From Clostridiales bacterium (GTDB taxonomy: Bacteria; Bacillota; Clostridia; Oscillospirales; Acutalibacteraceae), in contig JAAZGX010000077.1 in the NCBI GenBank assembly GCA_012511005.1, positions 1 through 30,227 on the forward strand: a stretch of DNA of 30,227 bases. Direction: 5' to 3'. A program made the position numbers and the translations under genes. Shown here one piece after another: positions 26,616 through 30,227 of the stretch; the stretch's first letter is position 1; every line of letters begins with the position of its first letter. The notes under the pieces were generated by a model that made no database searches, had not been told where the DNA came from, and worked only from the letters and a program-made list of their open reading frames with translations.

Positions 26616-26626
26616 TGTGGTAATAT
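26616..26626 (+). promoter_or_regulatory. Extended -10 promoter for paralog B-metallophosphoesterase
   Basis: TGTG-g-TAATAT (TRTG motif); the -35 position reads TACACA, a weak match. Confidence 0.45.
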
Positions 26627-26658
26627 TATTATATTAAGTAGTAAAGGTTGTGTTTATT

Positions 26659-28272
26659 ATGAAAAAACTTTCAATTCTTGCCGCTTCTGCCGCCGTTATC
26701 GGCGCTGGTGCAGGGTATATTGCTTATAAAAATATAGATGATGGAAAAAAGAAAAAAGTTAAGTATGACCTTGGCGATAAAGCTATAAGAAGTGCTGTTC
26801 GCGCCCTTTTTCACGCTTATCCCGGGGGGAGTTGGCAGCTAAAGCAAGAATATATTCCGCGAAACTTTTTTGAGGGAACAGAAACCTTTATTGACAAACC
26901 GAAACCTAACGCGAAGTGGTCTTTAGGCTACGCCTCCGACTCTCTTTTATCTTCAATAGACTTAATGGCAAGCAAGCATTTTATGGGTGGATATTTAGCT
27001 TTCCCGCCTAATGTTGTTGATGGTGTTATAGATGACCAATGTGTGCGTGTTATTGCACTTGATGACGGCTCTGGGCGCGGTATAAGCGTTTTTGCCGTAA
27101 TTGACTGCATAGGGCTTGCAAGTACCGATGTCCGCAGGATTCGTGAAAGGCTTTCTGATTTTACCAAGCTCCACAACATAAACTGCATAAACATCTCCGC
27201 TACACACTGCCACAGTGCCGTTGATACACAAGGGCTTTGGGGCGACCTTATCCCCGGTGCTATTATAGAGAATTTTAAGAAGCTCAGAAAAGGTGATACA
27301 GATACATTACAGTCCGGCAGAAATCCTGAATTTATGGAAAACCTTTATGCAGTAACGGTAGATACAATTAAAAAAGCCGTGGAAGATATGAAAAAGGGCG
27401 TATTATACTGTAGTGTCAGCGATGAAAAGAAGTATTCTCGCGATAAGCGCAAGCCCGATGTTACGGAAGATGACCTTACGATGTTGCGATTTGCGCCAAG
27501 TGACAAAAGCCGTGAGACTATTGCCGTATTCGCCGCTGTTCATCCGATTGCTTTAGGCTATAGAAATACTAAGGTTAGTGCCGACTTTCCCTATTATATG
27601 GTAGATGAGCTTGATAAAAACAACTATAACGGCATATTCTTTCAAGGTCCTCAGCTTGCCGTTACTACATCTGACGAGGTCGTTGGTGAGGAGCTTAAAA
27701 ACTCTGAACAGGAAAGATATGCGAAGTTTGGCAGGGGTCTTGCCCGTTATGCTATGTCACTTGTGAAAAGTGATAAGGAAAAGAAAGTAAAACCCATACT
27801 CAATGTTAAGATAACAGAGGTTTTCGTACCTTGTGAAAATGAGATTTTAATGCTCGTCGGAAAAGCCGGTCTTGTTACTAACAATATTTTAAGAAACGGC
27901 AGCTCATCGTCTGATATTGTTTTCGTTACAGAGGTAGGCTATGTAGAGCTTGGCGAAAATCAGTGCTTTGCTTTAATCCCGGGTGAATTTGCGCCGGAGC
28001 TGCTTCTTGGCGGTGCTTATGATGCCGACAATGCGTATAACAAGCAAGATTGGCACCTGCCTGCTATGACATCTATGGTAAAACCCGACTGTAAATTAAC
28101 CGTAATAGGATTATGTAATGACTCAATAGGATATATTTTGCCCTCAAATGATTACGGCAGCATAATAGCGCCGGAACATTATGAAGAAGCCGTTTCAGCG
28201 GGTGCTAAAGCCGGTGAGGTTATTGTTAATGCTTTCAATTTTTTAACAGAAAGGTCTAAAAATGAGCGGTAA
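26659..28272 (+). CDS. Neutral/alkaline ceramidase-like metallo-amidohydrolase, paralog B with an N-terminal hydrophobic anchor
   Basis: GGY, IDCIG, ATHCHS, AVHP, SADFP, PGE, GLCND--GY and HYEE motifs; N-terminus MKKLSILAASAAVIGAGAGYIAY. Start moved to ATG 26659 (AAAGGT SD). Confidence 0.65.
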   Translation: MKKLSILAASAAVIGAGAGYIAYKNIDDGKKKKVKYDLGDKAIRSAVRALFHAYPGGSWQLKQEYIPRNFFEGTETFIDKPKPNAKWSLGYASDSLLSSIDLMASKHFMGGYLAFPPNVVDGVIDDQCVRVIALDDGSGRGISVFAVIDCIGLASTDVRRIRERLSDFTKLHNINCINISATHCHSAVDTQGLWGDLIPGAIIENFKKLRKGDTDTLQSGRNPEFMENLYAVTVDTIKKAVEDMKKGVLYCSVSDEKKYSRDKRKPDVTEDDLTMLRFAPSDKSRETIAVFAAVHPIALGYRNTKVSADFPYYMVDELDKNNYNGIFFQGPQLAVTTSDEVVGEELKNSEQERYAKFGRGLARYAMSLVKSDKEKKVKPILNVKITEVFVPCENEILMLVGKAGLVTNNILRNGSSSSDIVFVTEVGYVELGENQCFALIPGEFAPELLLGGAYDADNAYNKQDWHLPAMTSMVKPDCKLTVIGLCNDSIGYILPSNDYGSIIAPEHYEEAVSAGAKAGEVIVNAFNFLTERSKNER

Positions 28273-29689
28273 TAATCAAATAAAATTTATCGTAGTCGCT
28301 GATTTACACCACTACTCTCCCACTCTTGGAATAACGGGAAATGCGTATAAAATGAGAAGTGAATCAGACCAAAAAATGCTTGCAAAGACGGGCGCGCTCA
28401 TTCGTGCGGCGTTTGATGAAATGACTGCTGCTGACATTGACTTTATCCTCATAGTCGGTGATGTTACTAATAACGGCGAAAGGGCGTCTCACGAAGAATT
28501 TCGTGAAATGATGTATGAGTATCAACAAAAAAAGCCGATTTACATAATAACCTCTACTCATGATTGGTGCAGTGACAATAATCCAAGGCGGTATGACGGC
28601 GACAATGTGTACGACGATGTACCAAACCTTAAAATTGATGAGCTTACAAAGTTTTATAAAGATTTCGGGCTAACTGATGCCCTTTCCGTTTATAAAACAT
28701 CTGCGGGAAATGCCTCTTACTCCGTAAGACCTTGTGAGGGGCTTACTGTACTTTGTCTTAATGATGATTTTAATGAAGAGGGCGGCTCCGGATTTTCAGA
28801 CGAACATATTGAATGGATAAAAACACAGTGTGACGAGGCGAAAAAACGAAATGATAATATAATAGGCGCTAATCATCATCCATACCTTTTAACAGAATTT
28901 GATAAGCTTATTAATAACAGCAAAACAGTCAAATACAAGAATGAGCTTGCCCTTAAAGTCGCAAAAGCGGGAATGCCAATAGCCTTTGTGGGGCATACAC
29001 ATATGCAGCACATAACAAAGCTTGAAACTGACGGCAACGAATTTTATGAAATTAATGTCGCTGCTCTTTCAGGCTACCCTGCCGCTATGGCTTACTGCAC
29101 AGTAACGGACAATGAGCTGAAAATTAATGTTAAGCACCTTCAAAGGTTTACATATGACGGAAAAGAATATACGAATGAATACCTGAGAAACCACGCAACA
29201 AACTTATTTACAAAGGTGGTAAAAGCTGCCGCAAATAACAATTTAGATGAATTTATAGCTCTTGTAGCATCTATTGGAATGGGCAAAAAAAAGGCGTCAA
29301 AACTTTGGAAATATTTGCGGCTTCCAATCAAAAAGCTTGATACGGCAACAGTCAAAGGAACGGCAAAGCTTATAAACGCACTTACATTTGGAAAGGCTAT
29401 TGATAAAAAAGCGGCTAAAGAAGTTGGCAGCGAGCGCGTCCTTGATGTTGCGCTTCAGGTATTTTTGAATATTCTTGACGGCGGAATAGAAACGGTAAAC
29501 GAAGATGACGCAAAATTCAAGATAGTACGAGACGCCGTATCTCTGCCTTATAGGATTGTAACGGCTTTCAGAATAAAAAACAGCTCTCTCATAAATACGC
29601 TTAATAAAATACAAAATGTAGTAGGACCCATTATGACGGGCGGCGAAATCAACTCTAATAATGCTGTTATTAAATTCCCTAACCAATAA
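28262..29689 (+). CDS. Calcineurin-like metallophosphoesterase with a helical C-terminal extension
   Basis: ADLH, VGDVT, STHD (GNHD variant), NHHP and GHTH motifs; overlaps paralog B by 11 nt. Confidence 0.85.
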   Translation: MSGNNQIKFIVVADLHHYSPTLGITGNAYKMRSESDQKMLAKTGALIRAAFDEMTAADIDFILIVGDVTNNGERASHEEFREMMYEYQQKKPIYIITSTHDWCSDNNPRRYDGDNVYDDVPNLKIDELTKFYKDFGLTDALSVYKTSAGNASYSVRPCEGLTVLCLNDDFNEEGGSGFSDEHIEWIKTQCDEAKKRNDNIIGANHHPYLLTEFDKLINNSKTVKYKNELALKVAKAGMPIAFVGHTHMQHITKLETDGNEFYEINVAALSGYPAAMAYCTVTDNELKINVKHLQRFTYDGKEYTNEYLRNHATNLFTKVVKAAANNNLDEFIALVASIGMGKKKASKLWKYLRLPIKKLDTATVKGTAKLINALTFGKAIDKKAAKEVGSERVLDVALQVFLNILDGGIETVNEDDAKFKIVRDAVSLPYRIVTAFRIKNSSLINTLNKIQNVVGPIMTGGEINSNNAVIKFPNQ

Positions 29690-29710
29690 CTGATAAATTC
29701 ATTAAAATTA

Positions 29711-29739
29711 TTGACAATAAAGAGCCGTTGTGCTAACAT
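29711..29739 (+). promoter_or_regulatory. sigA promoter of the tRNA-Ser pair
   Basis: TTGACA-N17-TAACAT with TG extended -10; ends 12 nt before the first tRNA. Confidence 0.8.
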
Positions 29740-29751
29740 ATCTAAGGTAAT

Positions 29752-29840
29752 GGAGAGATACCGAAGTGGTCATAACGGAACGGTCTTGAAAACCGTCGTG
29801 CGGCAACGCACCGTGGGTTCGAATCCCACTCTCTCCGCCA
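29752..29840 (+). tRNA. tRNA-Ser (anticodon TGA)
   Basis: Acceptor GGAGAGA/TCTCTCC, anticodon arm ACGGT-CTTGAAA-ACCGT, long variable arm GTGCG-GCAA-CGCAC, T arm GTGGG-TTCGAAT-CCCAC, discriminator G and encoded CCA. Confidence 0.98.
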
Positions 29841-29841
29841 A

Positions 29842-29946
29842 TTCAGATTTCAGACGGCAGATTTCAGATATCAGATTTATAATAAAACATCCGCGCCGCA
29901 AACCATTAATTTGCAGTTTGCAATTTGCCATCTACAATTTCAAATC
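29842..29946. repeat. Two oppositely oriented heptamer arrays in the tRNA spacer
   Basis: TTCAGAT TTCAGAC GGCAGAT TTCAGAT ATCAGAT (29842-29876) and TTTGCAG TTTGCAA TTTGCCA TCTACAA TTTCAAA (29910-29944). Confidence 0.75.
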
Positions 29947-29957
29947 CTGTTACCTAT

Positions 29958-30048
29958 GGAGAAGTACTCAAGTTGGTGACGAGGCGCCCCTGCTAAGGGC
30001 GTAGGTCGGGTAACCGGCGCGAGGGTTCGAGTCCCTCCTTCTCCGCCA
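29958..30048 (+). tRNA. tRNA-Ser (anticodon GCT)
   Basis: Acceptor GGAGAAG/CTTCTCC, anticodon arm CGCCC-CTGCTAA-GGGCG, long variable arm, T arm GAGGG-TTCGAGT-CCCTC, discriminator G and encoded CCA. Confidence 0.98.
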
Positions 30049-30061
30049 GAATATTTTGTCG

Positions 30062-30099
30062 AAAGAAGTCGATTCATAAATGAGTCGACTTCTTTTTTT
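30062..30099 (+). terminator. Intrinsic terminator of the tRNA operon
   Basis: AAAGAAGTCGATTCA-taaa-TGAGTCGACTTCTTT stem (one GU pair) followed by a T run. Confidence 0.9.
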
Positions 30100-30131
30100 C
30101 TTTCTTTACTGCGCAGCAAATTTTGAACAAG

Positions 30132-30169
30132 TAAAAGCGTACACAAGTACTGCTCTGTGTACGCTTTTA
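30132..30169. terminator. Perfect 14-bp inverted repeat, probably the terminator of a convergent gene beyond the window
   Basis: TAAAAGCGTACACA-agtactgctc-TGTGTACGCTTTTA. Confidence 0.5.
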
Positions 30170-30227
30170 ATGTTATTCAATGTAGATTTTTATTGCATTG
30201 TAATTATTTAAAATCTCCTTATCAAGA

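Noticed and set aside
4760-26658. Longer ORF-track N-termini (4760, 4639, 7459, 12982, 14092, 15287, 18996, 26550, 26650)
   Set aside because: The extensions run into promoters or SD sequences. For most, a downstream start has a well-spaced SD; for spoIIIAA the choice rests on promoter overlap.
26511-26729. 72-aa plus-strand ORF spanning the divergent intergenic region
   Set aside because: It crosses both promoters and overlaps both amidase starts, with no SD and no motif.
29708-29720. Palindrome TTATTG-A-CAATAA over the tRNA promoter -35
   Set aside because: Short and AT-rich, and largely forced by the TTGACA box itself.
521-29739. Numerous short ORF-track entries antisense or out of frame to real genes (e.g. 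521-772, 2318-2665, 6908-7285, 14342-14611, 15025-15426, 16353-16763, 22385-22684, 24806-25183, 29297-29686)
   Set aside because: They lie wholly or almost wholly within motif-supported genes, have no recognisable motifs, and I noticed no convincing SD; they are consistent with shadow ORFs.
23630-29840. Amidase cluster as a tRNA-anchored genomic island
   Set aside because: It lies 5' of the tRNA, and I saw no integrase, no duplicated tRNA end and no obvious compositional shift (judged by eye).
23587-29902. Shared 11-mer CGCGCCGCAAA at 23587-23597 and 29892-29902
   Set aside because: Only one copy forms a hairpin and the flanks are unrelated; too short to call a repeat family without a genome-wide count.
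29842-29946. Possible CRISPR array
   Set aside because: The units are 7 nt with no unique spacers, and no cas genes are present.
11699-30063. Spo0A-box matches TGACGAA (11699-11705) and TGTCGAA (30057-30063)
   Set aside because: Both fall in or at terminator stems, and single 7-mer matches are expected by chance in 30 kb.
29711-30146. ORFs 29711-30004 (+) and 29940-30146 (-)
   Set aside because: They overlap the promoter, two canonical tRNAs and the terminator.
30190-30220. Minus-strand AAGGAG followed by ATG CAA TAA
   Set aside because: The SD-to-start spacing is about 16 nt and the ORF has only two codons.

Overview
A chromosomal window from a spore-forming clostridial-type Firmicute; the lineage is inferred from the complete spoIIIA operon and sigA/sigE-type promoters. 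It is densely coding, and I see no mobile element, CRISPR array or frameshifted gene. Left to right: (i) a minus-strand run of sulfatase, asnS, PLP aminotransferase, ispF and the first codons of a further gene; (ii) a divergent plus-strand run of a metallophosphoesterase and three different flavoproteins; (iii) a minus-strand sporulation block of spoIIIAA-AH, an M23 peptidase, a DUF2804 protein and a LysM-GH18 spore hydrolase; (iv) yfhO-like GT-C glycosyltransferase plus a comM/yifB ATPase; (v) a divergent cluster of two paralogous neutral-ceramidase-like amidohydrolases, a CofE-like amide ligase, nagB and a second metallophosphoesterase; (vi) two tRNA-Ser genes (TGA, GCT) separated by inverted heptamer arrays. 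The best candidate for an undescribed system is cluster (v), 23630-29689. Secondary leads are the heptamer-array elements, the overlapping sigA/sigE promoters at yfhO/spoIIIAA, and the M23 gene behind spoIIIAH. Family assignments come from motif recognition only; no searches were run. Several starts were moved from the ORF track to positions supported by a Shine-Dalgarno (SD) sequence.
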